Counted from the first letter of the stretch, positions 39,712 through 54,000 are shown. The stretch: 64,000 bases of DNA from Octopus sinensis (GCF_006345805.1 NC_042999.1:7626001-7690000), one strand, 5' to 3'. Made by a program: numbers and translations. Notes: generated by a model not told the origin, from the letters alone.

Positions 39712-40122
39712 ATGGCTGTGTGGTAAGTAGCTTGCTAATCAACCACATGGTTGCGGGTTCAGTCCCACTGCGTGGCATCTTGGGCAAGTGTCTTCTGCTA
39801 TAGCCCCGGGCCGACCAGTGCCTTGTGAGTGGATTTGGTAGACGGAAACTGAAAGAAGCCCGTCGTATATATGTATATATATATATGTGTGTGTGTGTAT
39901 GTTTTTCTATGTCTGTGTTTGTCCCCCTAGCATTGCTTGACAACCGACGCTGGTGTGTTTACGTGCCTGTCACTTAGCGGTTCAGTAAAAGAAACCGATA
40001 TAATAAGTACTGGGCTTACAAAGAATAAGTCCTGTGGTCGATTTGCTCGACTAAAGGCGGCGCTCCAACATGGCCGCCGTCAAATGACCGAAAAAACTAA
40101 AAGAATAAAGAGGGTAAAAGAG
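39712..40122 (+). mobile_element. SINE family A
   Basis: Co-linear with family A. Confidence 0.9.
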
Positions 40123-40337
40123 TATCTAAATATAAAACCTGAAAAAATTAAGACATTATGAAAAATCACTTAGTTTCAAGCGAGTCAGTGATTCTAAACG
40201 TATCTGAATTATGAGCCAAGTTTATTTCTTTAGACGTCGCTATAGAAGATACGGTGTAAGGAATAAAGTAATGAAGTTAAGCAAGAAATGTTCAAATCCA
40301 CAATTCCATAAAAATAAATGTTTGAAAAGACGCAATA

Positions 40338-40557
40338 CGGTAATCCCTCGCCGCATCGCGGTTCGCCTGTTGCGGTTTATCATTTAAGCTTACGTCGATT
40401 CCTCCGTGGCTTCGTTTTGCATTTATAATAAAATAAATATATACAAATTGTAAAAATAAAAAGAAAATATACAGTACAGTACTGTTCTACTTCGCGGATT
40501 TTCACCTATCGCGGGGGTGTTTGGAAAGTAACACCTGCGATAGTCGAGGGATTATTG
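40338..40557 (+). mobile_element. Tigger/pogo-like MITE, intact
   Basis: TA-CGGTAATCCCTCG ... CGAGGGATTATTG-TA. Related copies at 13695-14208 and 63913-63990. Confidence 0.8.
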
Positions 40558-41052
40558 TACTAAACTGTTAACTAGTTATTTCCTCTCTCTCTCTCTCTCT
40601 ATACATATATTCGTGTGCGTATATTTGTGTGTATGAGTGTGTGTGTGCGTTTGTATTTGAGTGTGTGTGTGTGTGTGTAGGCGTGTAGCCTTGTGGTTAG
40701 GTTGTTGCACTCACGATTGCTAGATCGTAGGTTCCATTCTCGGATTGGGCGGTGATTTGTGTTCTTGAGCAAAACACTTCGTTTCATTTCGCACGTGCGA
40801 TCATTTCGACATCTGGTGCGCGGCACACTCGTGCAGCTCTGCAGGCAATCATCGATTTGATGGAGGGAGTGCGCTAATGTGCGGCACATACATCGGATCA
40901 CTATACATTTGTGCCGGCTTTTCAAGCACAAACAGGAAAACTTACACTTGTCTTCGGCGGCAGGTTTCAGCATAAGCATCCATACATACATTCATGCATA
41001 CATACATACAAACATATATATATATATATATATACATATATATACATATATG

Positions 41053-41345
41053 TGGAGGCGCAATGGCCCAGTGGTTAGGGCAGCGGACTCGCAGTCGTAG
41101 GATCGCGGTTTCGATTCCCAGACCGGGCGTTGTGTGTGTTTATTGAGCGAAAACACCTAAAAGCTCCACGAGGTTCCGCCAGGGGGTGGTGATCCCTGCT
41201 GTACTCTTTCACCACTCTTTCTCTCTTTCTTCTGTTGGCCTGCTCGCTTAGCCAGCGGGGTGGCGTCGTTCGAAGGCTAAAACGCATTGTGACCAGCGAT
41301 GTGTAGCAACATCTGATGGTCTGGTCGGTCACGTGATCACGTGAT
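41053..41345 (+). mobile_element. SINE family C, alternative tail
   Basis: Family C head; tail shared with 63436-63633. Confidence 0.85.
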
Positions 41346-42391
41346 ATATACATGTGTGCGTGTGGTAATAACATACACAAACGCATATATATATATATAC
41401 ACACATACAGGTGGTGCTCCAGCTTGGACATAGTCAAATGATTGAAACAAATAAAAGAGTAACAAAAGAAAAGAATACGTATCTATCACGTGATTACGTG
41501 GTTGACCAGACTATCGGATCCTTCTGCACACTGCTGGTCATGTTGCGCCATTTTTGCATCGTTTAAGCTTTTGAATGATGTCACCCGGCTGACAAGGCGG
41601 GCAGGACACCATCGCCCTCGATCAGAATTCTTGTCAGTTGCAGTGTAACCCATTTACAGCTGAGTGTATTGTGGCAATTTGTAATAAAATGCGCAGCCGT
41701 TCTCGGAATCGAACCACGATCTCAGGATTGTCAGTGCAACACGCCTCGCCACTAGACTGGGTGCATCCACACACACACTTAAAATTTTGTTGATTATGGG
41801 AATTTATCTATGTTTTCGCGCCTATAAGGTTCCTAGTGGTTTTGGTGACCCATCAGACTTTTATTTGCAACGGGCACACTAAAACCGGAGGCACACTATA
41901 ATTTGAGGCACATTAAACTGGAATTGTAAAAGTCAAGAATCTTTTTTATGTCATTGGTTACACTGAGTTATTTCTCTTTGCTTAGAAATTTTCTTGGCCA
42001 CAGATGTGTTCTAGTCTTTACTTTTCTTTTCTATATGTGTAAAGGTTCTGCCTGCTTGAGAAAAAAAGTAAGAATACTGCTGTACTGATGACAGCTACTG
42101 AGGAAGAAACATATACCTACAGTTTTCTTTCTACTTTCAGCCAATCAAGCTACGTTTGCCTAAATGGCATGTCAGATTTCTTGATTCTTGAGATTATTTC
42201 GCATTCTCAATTTGCATTGGTTCCATTTGCCAACAAGCAATTTTTAAACTTCACTGGAAGCGGAGATGACTTAAATATATAAAAACAATTAAGCCTGTAT
42301 GGTATTTAATATTCTCTTAAACGTGTTTCTTTTTCAAATACGTGACCACTCGGAACTGGTTCTTTTAAATCAATTTCGTTTCATATTACCC

Positions 42392-42803
42392 TTTTACCCT
42401 TTTACTTGTTTCAGTCATTTGACTGCGGCCATGCTGGAGCACCACCTTTAGTCGAGCAAATCGACCCCGGTACTTATTCCTTGTAAGCCCAGTACTTATT
42501 CTATCGGTCTCTTTTGCCGAACCGCTAAGTGATGGGGACGTAAACGCGCCAGCATCGGTTGTCAAGCAATGCTAGGGGGTAAACACAGACACACAAACAC
42601 ACAGACACACATACATACATATATATATATACATATATACGACAGGCTTCTTTCAGTTTCCGTCTACCAAATCCACTCACAAGGCATTGGTCGGCCCGGG
42701 GCTATAGCAGAAAACACTTGCCCAAGGTGTCACACAGTGGGACTGAACCCGGAACCATGTGGTTGGTTACCAAGCTACTTACCACACAGCCACTCCTGCG
42801 CCT
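42392..42803 (-). mobile_element. SINE family A
   Basis: Co-linear with family A; inverted partner of 43213-43634. Confidence 0.9.
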
Positions 42804-43212
42804 ATGTATTTGTTCTGTATATTAGCTCACTCTCTCCATCAAACCAACGTTATCTGAACAGGCGCACAGTGTAGCACGCGTCAGGAGCAGAACTTATCAT
42901 AAAGCAATGTGAAATGAAGTGTTTTGCTCAAGAGCTCAATGTACCACCCGTCCAGGAACTTAAACATCCTATTCACTAAGACATGCGTCCTCGAATATAT
43001 ACGTGCGCGCGCACGCGTGTGAGTGCGGTTGCATGATGAAGCTAAAACCACCGCTCAAATAACTATAACAGATCTTTAAGTTTCCCCTAATCAGTCTGTC
43101 CAGACATAGTTGATAGATTACCAAATATTACCCCGAAGAACACTTATTTACAAAATAACTATTCATAAACTTCAGCTAGTTAATAGATATAATATTATCA
43201 TTTATTAACTTC

Positions 43213-43375
43213 AGGCGCAGGAGTGGTTGTGTGGTAAGTAGCTTGCTGGCCAACCACATGGTTCCGGGTTCAGTCCCACTGCGTGGCATCTTGGGCAAGT
43301 GTCTTCTGCTATAGCCCCGGGCCGACCAATGCCTTGTGAGTGGATTTGGTAGACGGAAACTGAAAGAAGCCCGTC

Positions 43376-43416
<41 letters not shown>

Positions 43417-43634
43417 CGTGTATGTTTGTGTGTCTGTGTTTGTCCCTCTAGCATTGCTTGACAACCGATGCTGGTGTGTTTACGTCCCCGACACTTAGCG
43501 GTTCGGCAAAAGAGACCGATAGAATAAGTACTGGGCTTACAAAGAATAAGTCCCGGGGTCGATTTGCTCGGCTAAAGGTGCTGCTCCAGCATGGCCGCAG
43601 TTAAATGACTGAAACAAGTAAAAGAGTAAATAGA
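43213..43634 (+). mobile_element. SINE family A
   Basis: Full length. The flank AATATTATCATTTATTAACT occurs at 43191 and 43651 (TSD-like). Confidence 0.9.
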
Positions 43635-44866
43635 GTGAGTTAATAAATAAAATATTATCATTTATTAACTCCAGTTAGTTAATAAATAAAATATTATTAC
43701 CAGTTCAAATATGCTGGAAGTATATTCGAACCCGCAAGGAAGCCATTCGTTGTATTTTGTCATGGAGAAAACTTCTCTTTGTGGACAAACAGTTTGCAGC
43801 ACTCTCCTAAGCAGACTGTTGGATGTTTGTATTTCGGAGTCGTTATTTCCTCTTCAGATACAGAGAAAAACAGACGCTGTGAACTGATACAAGAGATAGT
43901 TTCCTGTTATGATATTCCCAACATCGTTCAATAACTTTTTGCGCTATTCAGTGGTTCGTGTTAGCATCTGAATACAGTGAATGGCCGGTTTCAATAGACC
44001 ACAAGCATATTTGATCTGGTAACAAATTTGTGCTTATACACATCACTGCGCTGCGCTGTCAGCCCACATTAATAAACATATATAAAGTCCTCGCTGCAGA
44101 AGCTAAGCAAATAACTATTAAACAACTATTATTTCAGGAATTAGTTTAAAAATTTAAGTTTATCAAAACTCATTAAACTTACTGGTTGAAACGTTTTAAA
44201 ATGTAAACATTCAACTACAAGTAACCAATTAAGGAATTTTTTTATTGATATATTGTAAAAGAGTTTAAAGATAACAAACAAATGTTAATGTGTTCGTGGC
44301 TAAAGCGAAAATTGTTCAAATATTCTTGTGTTGCCAAATCATAATTTCATTAGGAAGAATAATATAGGAGTGTAAAGTGTGTGCCATGTTTTAAGATGAT
44401 TGGTTTGATTTTGTTTTTGTTTGGTTTCCTTGGCGATTAACATATTTGAATATAAACCAAACTACAAGCTGGTTTTGACGATTTTTTGTTGGTGAGATGC
44501 AGCTAGATCGACATGATGCAGTTGATTGAGTTGGAGAGATTGTATCTGAGTCACTTCTGAATAATCGGTGACTATACAACTCTCTCTCTCTCTCTCCCTG
44601 TATTTCAACACACACACACATACATACATACACATACATACATACATACATACATACATACATACATACATACATACATACATACATACATACATACATA
44701 CTCATACACACACACTTATACATATACGCGTGTGTGTGTGTGTGTGGGTGTCTTAGTCTTTGTATTTGTGTGCGTGTAGGTGTGTGAGTGTTGTGGTTTA
44801 AGAAATGGATAAAAACGTACTTATTCGTATGTATATATATATATCTCCATGTTTTTGTTTCTCATT

Positions 44867-44897
<31 letters not shown>

Positions 44898-46107
44898 CGT
44901 CTCTATATCTATATGTACGTGTGTATATATGTGGCAGAAATGAGGTGAAAGACTTCTCAATGCTGTGGAAAATCTCATTTCAAAATATTGTAACACAGAA
45001 TCGTAAAAGCAGAAATTTACGACGCTTTACAATCACAGAATGTTCATGATCTTAAGTCCAACAAGTACGTGTTTTTTAAAAATAAATTCCATCATTCTGA
45101 GATTATTAAACATTGCAAATAAATCCAACCCGCAGATTGATGCAACAAAGGTGTACAAGTCTTGTTTGTAAATATTATTTTCTGATGAAAGCCAATTCTG
45201 ATATTTTTTAAAAATGAAAACTGAATCATGGTGGCCGTTATTTGCATACTATGGTTTAGAGTTATGTTATGTTGAACAGTTTGGGTGACAGATGTATGAG
45301 AGATGATGTTTTTTAGAAACCATTTATATGATCTAAAATGCTGTCAAATACTTGACTGTATTTTGGACAAAATACTGTGAAATTACCAATTTCTTCCAAT
45401 ACTAGAACTAATAAGAAGACCACCTTGTTTCAGGGAGATGGAATTCCAATCTCGGAAATGATCTCACGAAACCTGATCTCAGGAAATTGGTCACTCAACG
45501 CCTCGGTCTTACTCCAGCAGAATGCATGTGAGAAAGTTTTCATTGAAGTTTTGCATCAAGACCGTCGAAATATTACTGCGTTAATTACAGAACTAAAAAA
45601 ATAATCATTGATCAACGAATGATTAAACATGGATCAGTCACTCAATGATAATTTAATCAAATCCATCTCAAATTCTATGAAAGTTGTAAGATTAGATAAA
45701 GAAGGGGCTACGAAATGCTGAGACAAATTTTCATTCAGTTTGTAAAATCTTTCATGAAATTATTCCAAGTGTAATTGACATTCAAGTTATTGTAGGCCAC
45801 TGTGAGTGTGTATTTGTGCGCGCGCGTGTGTGTGTGTGTGTTTGTGTGTGCCTGTGTGTGTTTGTGTGTGAGTGTGTGTGAGTGTGTGTGTGAGTGCGCG
45901 CGTGAGTGTGTGTGAGGGTTTGCAAAATGCATTAAAACTATTGTGAGCAAAACACGTGAGGAGCAGAATAAAGGAAAACCATCGCCATACCTGATTATTT
46001 ACATACAATAAAGGGCTTCTTTTCAAGAAAACTTAGATTGCTCTGATTCATAAAAACTATGATGAAAACATTACTAGCCATGACCATCCCATCTGATTTA
46101 TATTTAA

Positions 46108-46330
46108 CCCTTTAGTGCTTGCATTATTCTACCAAAATTAATCCCTCTTTTATCCACATTGCCTCGAACTAATCAGACATTATCTTGTAGCTATGAGATT
46201 TTGATGAGGTAGCTGTTAATTTTTAAAACGATATTGTAGGGTTGGTGTGAGAGACCATATCTGGCCAGTTTGAACATAAAACAAAGAAGAATACTTTTGG
46301 CTGGATATGGCCGGTTTAAATGTTAAAGGG
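46108..46330. mobile_element. piggyBac-type MITE
   Basis: TTAA-CCCTTTA ... TAAAGGG-TTAA. Confidence 0.7.
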
Positions 46331-47095
46331 TTAAGGATTTCGCAACAAGATGCTCAAGTCCGATGTGTCGTCTTATGTTAGGTATTTGATGCGATTTGGG
46401 ACATATTTAGCTGTTATTTCTAGCTGTTCAATTGGTCAAATAAACTCTCAGTCTACGTACATATTTTATTCAAAGCTGTGGAACTTAGAATACTGTGCTT
46501 AACCATTATTCTTTTGTTCTATTATTCCACCAATGGGATTCAACACGCATATCACTTTACGAAGCAACTTTCTCGAACAGTCTTTCCGTCAGTTTGAACA
46601 TTTGATGAAGATATTTCTGTCAGAAATATTGTGATGAATATATTTTCCTCATTTATTAACGTAGAGCACATAAAATTAGACTGGTTCTCCTAATATTTCA
46701 CTCTGAGATCTATAAAAGCTATAAGCATCGCTAATAATTCTCAATCTATCGAAAGGGATTAACAGTAAAGCTTGTTGCTCTCATTCTTTGCTGTCTCTGC
46801 TGTCTCACAAGAGTCAGATCTGAACTAATTACTCCGTTAATCCCTTCTCTCGAGATCTTTAACTAACCTCATCAAGTTATCTCTATACTAATTATACTAT
46901 TTATATTCCCTCTTATACTTAAACGAGATAATAAGCTGCTAAATCACACACACTCATCCGCATGTATGTATGTATGTATGTATGTATGTATGTATGTATG
47001 TATGTATGTATGTATGTATGTTATGTATGTATGTATGTATGTATGTATGTATGTATGTATGTGTGTGTGTATGTGTGTATGTATGTGTGTGCGTG

Positions 47096-47172
<77 letters not shown>

Positions 47173-48119
47173 CCACATGCAAAGTGCTATACACTGACAT
47201 ATTTGTGCTAATTACAAATAACAGCTAATTACTTAGGGAATTAATATTTATTGTCCCGCTATTTTGGAAATCTAAGATCTTTAATCTTATATTTAGCATT
47301 TCATAATATGAAGAAAGACGTATACCGAAATTAATCTCCGTGAGACCAAAATGTTTCTACGTAGTTGGTTCTAATTACACATTCAGACTAATGACTCTAT
47401 TAGAATTTAAGAGCTGGTTCTTATATTATGGATACGTTCCGGTTCTCTCGTCATGCTTTCATCTTTATGGTTCTTATTTTACATTTCTTTTTTATTTCTT
47501 CCTTCCTCGTATTGTTGTACAGAACCAGTCTCTTAAAAAACAAGAAAAAGAACGAGAAAACTATAATAAACAATTGATTATGAATTCTTTGATTTTTCGT
47601 TTATGTTTCAGGAATTGTATACCAATGCCTAACCTTCAGCAGAAATATTACCTAATTTTCCAACCATTAACAATATATTACTTCCTTAACAATTCTCCGG
47701 TTGGCGGAAATATTTTTTGAGATGATGTAAAATCTTATACACACAACTGAACTTTTAGCTATTTGCAACAATATCGAAGACCACGTTAAGAAAGATAAAA
47801 CACAACGCCAAGAATCTCAAAGAATTATTCTTATTTGCTTTGATTTCTTATTGATTGTATATTCCGAAACTCATTTTCAGAAACACATTAAACTATCCTC
47901 CTAAATGTGATAACTGAATTGATGGCGATATTCTTTGTTATTTTTCCTATATTATATCATTATTATCTTTTTTCATGTGTTATATAACCAGACAGCGAAG
48001 GCAAACTCTACCATTAATCTGGTTTTTTCATTTAGAATAATAAAATCTGTGAATTGGTAGAGTTTGGATTCGTTCTGACGCGCACGCAAACACATATAAA
48101 TGCATACCTAATAATAAAT

Positions 48120-48609
48120 ACGTCTTGTATTTTTTTTACGTGTTTCAATTGTTAGACTGCGACCATTCTGGGGCACCGCCTCGAAGAATTTTTAGTCGAA
48201 TGAACCAGCCGCAGTACTTTTTACAGTCTGTTACTTCTTTTGACTGCCTCTTTTGATGAAACGCTAGGTTACAGTGACATAAACACACCAACACCTTTTG
48301 TCAAGCGGTGAAGGCGGCGAGCTGGCAGAATCGTTAGCGCGCCAGGCGAAACGCCTAACGGTATTTCGTCTGTCGTTACGTTCAGAGTTCAAATTCCGCC
48401 GGGTCGACTTTGCCTTTCATCCTTTCAGGGTCGATAAATAAAGTACTAATTTCGCACTGGGGTCGATGTAATCGACTTAATCCGTTTGTCTGTCCTTGTT
48501 TGTCCTCTCTGTGTTTAGCCCCTTGTGGGTAGTAAAGAAATAAGTATTTCGTAGAAATAGGTGGTGCGGGACAAACGCAGACACACACAGGCATACATAC
48601 ACGTACAGC

Positions 48610-48646
<37 letters not shown>

Positions 48647-48950
48647 GGGAGAGTTCACGAAAAAACAAAAGACGAAGACAGGTGGTGTACAAAACAAACA
48701 GATGTATTAGTATAACGCTCAGGAATAGAAAAAATGTGTGTAGTGGCTACCGATCTATCATGACGACTTATATATGTATATATATATACATACACAGGAT
48801 TGGCTTTTCTCAGTTTCCGTCTACCAAATCTACTCACAAGGCTTTTGTCGGCCCGACACTGTAGTAGAAGATACTGCCCAAGCTGCCACGCACAGGGATT
48901 GAACCCGAAACCATGTGGTTGGGAAGCAAGTTTCTTACCACGCAACCACG
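48120..48950. mobile_element. Nested cluster: family A (minus) interrupted by family B (48312-48552) and a fragment of the 20981 repeat (48647-48733)
   Basis: Sequence similarity to each family within the window. Confidence 0.75.
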
Positions 48951-49309
48951 GTATAAGTCAACGATATACGTGAACTCATTAGCGACTATGACCGTCGCCA
49001 GTTTATGCTTGGTAGGCCGAACATGTCCTTTAGCCCCCGGCTGACGATCTTCTGCTTTTAAGACATTTATCACCTAGATGTTTATTCTCAGCTACATTCA
49101 TTGCAGCTTCACGATATTTGACATTGTGTAACGCCATATGTCTTCTGGGACCATTGACAGAAATCTAATATCTATTGATATGATTTCAGGATTTTCAAAC
49201 ATATATTCTTTCAGATGGTAAAGATTTCTCGTTAGCTGACAATGATTCATGTCTCCTTTGATAAATGACAAGACCAGCCTCAGAAAGATTTTGAATATTT
49301 GAAGGGAAT

Positions 49310-49474
49310 AGGCGCAGGAGTGGCTGTGTGGTAAGTAGCTTGCTAACCAACCACACGGTTCGGGTTCAGTCCTACTGAGTGGCATCTTGGGCAAGTGTCT
49401 TCTGCTATAGCCCCGGGTCGACCGATGCCTTGTGAGTGGATTTGGTAGACGGAAACTGAAAGAAGCCTGTCATA

Positions 49475-49563
<89 letters not shown>

Positions 49564-49787
49564 ATGTGTTTGTGTGTCTGTGTTTGTCCCCCTAGCATTG
49601 CTTGACAACCGATGCTGGCGTGTTTACGTCCCCGTCACTTAGCTGTTCGGCAAAAGAGACCGATAGAATAAGTACTGGGCTTACAAAGAATAAGTCCCGG
49701 GGTCGAGTTGCTCGACTAAAGGCGGTGCTCCAGCATGGCCGCAGTCAAATGACTGAAACAAGTAAGAGAGTAAAAAGAGTAAAGAGT
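49310..49787 (+). mobile_element. SINE family A
   Basis: Co-linear with family A. Confidence 0.9.
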
Positions 49788-49986
49788 AATATTGATATCT
49801 ATCGGATTCTGTTTCCTTGCGTTTCCTTTTAACTTTGTTCCATGTGATTATTTTCGAAATACGTGGACATCTTCAATATATTTCCCCCATCATACCTTAT
49901 CAACAGCAATAATTTCCCGATTTTTCACCTGAATATCCCTTTCTTCAGATCATATTTAAGGTAATCCTCCTATATTAAGTTCAATT

Positions 49987-50365
49987 TGTAACGAGCTTAG
50001 TTCAGGCACACTATTGTTGCAAAGCGGTCTTTTACGGCTGTTGTATCTATCATTTGACGACGGCTGTCGCTCTCACAGATATCGTTATATTACGAAGTTG
50101 TCGAAAGAATGGTTCTATCTGGCACTGTACGACCCCCACTCATACAGTGTTGTTATCCTCAAAATGTTGGATCGTTATTACGTCCACTCAGTATCACAGT
50201 ATAATTACTATACCAGAACAGACACAACTATCAACACAGTCTACACCCACTCTCGACCTCCCGACTTTCCTGACCTTTTTCCTGTCGACTGGCTACATGT
50301 CTGTTTATAATGGCTGAGTCCTACCACCTTTTACCGGGAAGGGTGTACAGTTTCACTATATAACA
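49987..50365 (-). repeat. Putative 3' LTR
   Basis: TG...CA ends (TGTTAT...GTTACA on minus), immediately after a purine tract. No second copy found in the window. Confidence 0.55.
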
Positions 50366-50504
50366 TCTTCCATTTTAATTTTTTTTATTTAACAATCAAT
50401 TTCTTTTAATCCACCCTACCTCCTCCTTTTTATCTATATATATTCAATATCTTTTTTTTTTTAGGGTCTACTTTTAGGAATCCAGTGTTCTTTCTTTTCC
50501 TTGT

Positions 50505-51680
50505 TCATGTGGTTTCGTCTTCTTGTAATCGTGTTGGAACCTGAAAAGTGTCATATAGCCAATCCATCGGTATTTCTACTCTTGTTGGTTCCTTCTCTAT
50601 GACTCTTTCCTTAAGCTGACTTCTATGTCTCTTTTCCATTCCATTTCGGCTTCTTACACAATAAATCATTCTTCTTATGTATGATACAATTTCTATTTCT
50701 TCCCAGTATTGCTTACCATTTTTGTACATTCTTACATATACCTTACCACCGATTCTAAAGAATTTGGGCTTGTCTTTACTAGCACGTATTTTTTTCTTCA
50801 CAGGTAAGGTAACAGTTTATCAAATACTGACCTCACATTTCTGGCAAACATTAATTCTGCTGGTGAACATTCTTCTGGCGCATTTGCGTTCGGAGTTACT
50901 CTGTATACCCTTAAGAATTGTTGGATCTCGACCTCGTTCGTGGCTTGCTTATTAGCTTTCTTTAAAACTATCTTGAAAGAGTTCCCGAACCGTTCAGCCC
51001 TTCCATTCGATCTAGAGTGATACTGTGGTATAGTTCCATGCTCTAACGTGAATATCATGCAGAATCTTTTAAACTCACGAGATATAAACCGTGTTCCGTT
51101 ATCAGAGACGCCATATCCGGTACGTGAAATCTTGCGAACACCTCGTGTAAGAAGTTTATCACCGTGCATGATGTTGGTCGTTTACATATCACAACCTCAG
51201 GCTATTTTGTGCAGCTGTCCACTACTATTAAATAATAAAATCCATTTACCGGGCCAGCAAAGTTGATATGCAATCGGGATCGTGGTATTTTCGCTTCCGG
51301 CCAAAGTTCACATTTTGTAGTAGGTAGTTTCGCTGCAGCCTTTTACCAGGTTTTCAACGTCCTTGTCCATGCTTGGTCAGAATACGAAACTTTGCATCAG
51401 CGCTTTCATTCTAGAGATGTCTGGGTGTTCCATATGGAACTCTTTTAGCATTCTCTTTTGTAATGTCTGTGGTGTGACCACCTTTTGAGCGTACATTAGT
51501 ACACCATCACATACACGATACCCGTTCACATTTTGGCAGTTCTTTGCATCAGACCTTTCTTTATTTCCTTTTGTCGACCACAGTTTTATTCTTGCCTCAT
51601 TAATAAATTTGTCATTTCTCGTATTTCTTTTTATGTCTTCCAAAGTTACTGGTAGTTCAGCACGATGTTTCACATCACTT
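50505..51680 (-). pseudogene. Gypsy integrase, disrupted
   Basis: LKEFHMEHPDISRMKALMQSFVF (zinc-binding region), VSDNGTRFISREFKRFC, QYHSRSNGRAERF, YRVTP..SPAELMFAR. Confidence 0.9.
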
Positions 51681-51731
51681 TTTTGCTTTAATTCATCGAC
51701 CTCGTTCGATCGTATGACTGCTCCGTTTACG

Positions 51732-52465
51732 CTATTGCACAAAGCGAAATTTCTCCATATATTCGGTGCCAAATAAATTCATGGATCTTTTCAACATATA
51801 AACATTCACTTTTTCGGTTTGACCTTTCAGCATTTTATTACAAACGCGTTCGCCCGTGAAATATCCTTTTCTTCCCTTAACACCGTACGCTATTTTGTCG
51901 GAATTACATAATTTTGGTTTACCCATTTGTTCCCATGATTTCTCATCAAATCAAAATCGATGAACATCAATGGAATTTGTATTTTTGTGGTACCAGTGCC
52001 GGTGGCACATAAGGAAAACCATCCGAACGTGGCCGTAGCCAGTACCGCATCGACTGGCCTCCGTGCTGTGGGCACGTAACAAACACCATCCGAGCGTGGC
52101 CGTTCGCCAGCCTCGTCTGGCACCTGTGTCGGTGGCACAAAAAACACCATCCGAGCGTGGCTGTTCGCCAGCCTCGTCTGGCACCTGTGACGGTGGCACA
52201 TAAAAAGCACCCACTACACTTCCGGAGTGGTTGGCGTTAGGAAGGGCATCCAGCTGTAGAAACTCTGCCAGATCTAACTGGTCTGGTGCAGCCTTCGGGC
52301 TTCCCAGACCCCAGTTGAACCGTCCAACCCATGCTAGCATGGAAAGCGGACGTTAAACGATGATGATGATGATTTCTCATTTATGATTATTGTGATGTCA
52401 CTTCCCGTGTCTAATTTCATTTTGAGACTAGTGCTTTCAATTCTCACATTCACGAATTTTCTGCT
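51732..52465 (-). pseudogene. Gypsy aspartic protease split by a SINE
   Basis: FVNVRIESTSLKMKLDTGSDITIIINE continues as KSWEQMGKPKL...NLFG once 51947-52368 and one TSD copy are removed. Confidence 0.8.
51947..52368 (+). mobile_element. SINE with internal tandem repeats and (GAT)n tail
   Basis: TSD ATGATTTCTCAT at 51935 and 52369; ~60-bp internal repeats AAACACCATCCGAGCGTGGC. Confidence 0.85.
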
Positions 52466-52790
52466 TGTTGTAGTCACAAGCTTTCCTGCTGACAAACTAT
52501 ATATTTTTTCTTGCGATTTTATATGTCCTGTGAACTCGCAGCAAAAACACTTTGATATTTTATACGGACAATCTTTTTTCAGGTATAACCCAGCACATGC
52601 CGTACGTAAGTCTACATCCCCATAGTTTTCTGTTTTTCCCGCAACAAGTTATTTGTCTTCCGACTTCTTTGCACTGGTCTTATGTGGAAACACTCTTTCC
52701 GTTGAATTTCTTCTGTCTCATGCCATAATATTAATATCCTGTCACACTCTTTCGTGGAGTTTGAAGGACATCGATATTTCGTCCTCTCAT

Positions 52791-53406
52791 GGCGATGGGC
52801 TTGCAGAAACGTTAGCACGCCGGGCGAAATGATTAGTGGTATTTCGTCTGCTGTTACGTTCTGAGTTCAAATTCCGCAGAGGTCGACTTTGCCTTTCATC
52901 CTTTCGGAGTCGATAAATTAAGTACCAGTTACGCACTGGAGGCCATGTAATCAACTTAATACCTATGTCTGTATTTGTTTGTCCCCTCTGTGTTTATCCC
53001 CTTGCGGGTAGTAAAGAAATAGATATTTCGTCTGCTGCTACGTTCTTGGTTCAAATTCCGCCGAAGTCGACTTTGCCTTTCATCATTTCGAGGTCGATTA
53101 AATAAGTACCAGTTATGCAATGGGGGCTCGATATAATCGAATTAATCTATTTGTCTGTCCTTGTTTGTCCCCTCTGTGTGTAGCCCTTTGTAGGCAACAA
53201 ATAAATAAGAAACGTTAGCAGGCCGGGTAAAATGCTTAACGGTATTTCGTCTGCCTTTACATTCTGAGTTCAAATTCCGCCTAGGTCGACTTTGCCTTTC
53301 GTCCTTCGGGGTCGATAAATTAAGTACCAGTTGTGTACTGGTGTCGATCTAATCAACTGGCGCCCCTCACCCAAAATTTCAGGCCTTGTGCCTGGATTAG
53401 AAAAGA
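52791..53406 (+). mobile_element. Multimeric SINE family B nested in Gypsy gag region
   Basis: Three B units; TSD-like ATATTTCGTC(C/AT)CTC at 52774 and 53407. Confidence 0.8.
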
Positions 53407-53664
53407 ATATTTCGTCATCTCATTGGTCTGGGCCGAGAAAACAGTTAACTGTATTTTAGAGTGACACTTGATGTCTTGTTGGTCAAGTGAGACAGATCTA
53501 TATTGTATTGGTCATTGGTCATTTTCTGGATGTAGCTGACTCTGAAGGACGGCAAGTTTATTCGCAACCATCGAGACACTCTAATGTTTAAAACGAATAA
53601 AACAAAAAATAAACTTCCTGCGAATTGGATCAATAGCATGCTTTTTTAAAAATCTGTTATTCTT

Positions 53665-54000
53665 GTGTTTCAGTCATTAGACTGCGGCCATACTGGGGCA
53701 CCACTTTGAATAAACTTTAGTCGAACGAATCGACCTTAACAGCTTTAGAAGCCCTGTATATATTCCATCAATCTCTTTTGTGTAACCGCTATGTTACGGG
53801 AACGTAAACACACGAACACCGGTTGTCAAGAGGTTGTAGAGGACAAACACAGACACACACACACACGCATATATATATATATATACATATGATGGGCTTC
53901 CTTCAATTTCCGTTTATCAAATCCACTCATAAGGTTTCGGTCAGCCCGTGGCCTTAGTAGAAGGCACTTGCCCAATGTGCCAGGTAGTGGACCTCAATTC
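53665..54000 (-). mobile_element. SINE family A (diverged)
   Basis: Co-linear with family A. Confidence 0.75.

Larger units (their letters stand above)
49987..53570 (-). mobile_element. Ty3/Gypsy LTR retrotransposon remnant lacking RT/RNase H
   Basis: Minus strand order: gag zinc knuckles (CAGLYLKKDC, CFCCEFTGH), protease LDTGSDIT, integrase, PPT AAAATGGAAGA, putative 3' LTR. Confidence 0.85.

Noticed and set aside
53555-53600. Gypsy PBS and 5' LTR
   Set aside because: TGGTTGCGA is present on the minus strand, but no second LTR copy adjoins it.
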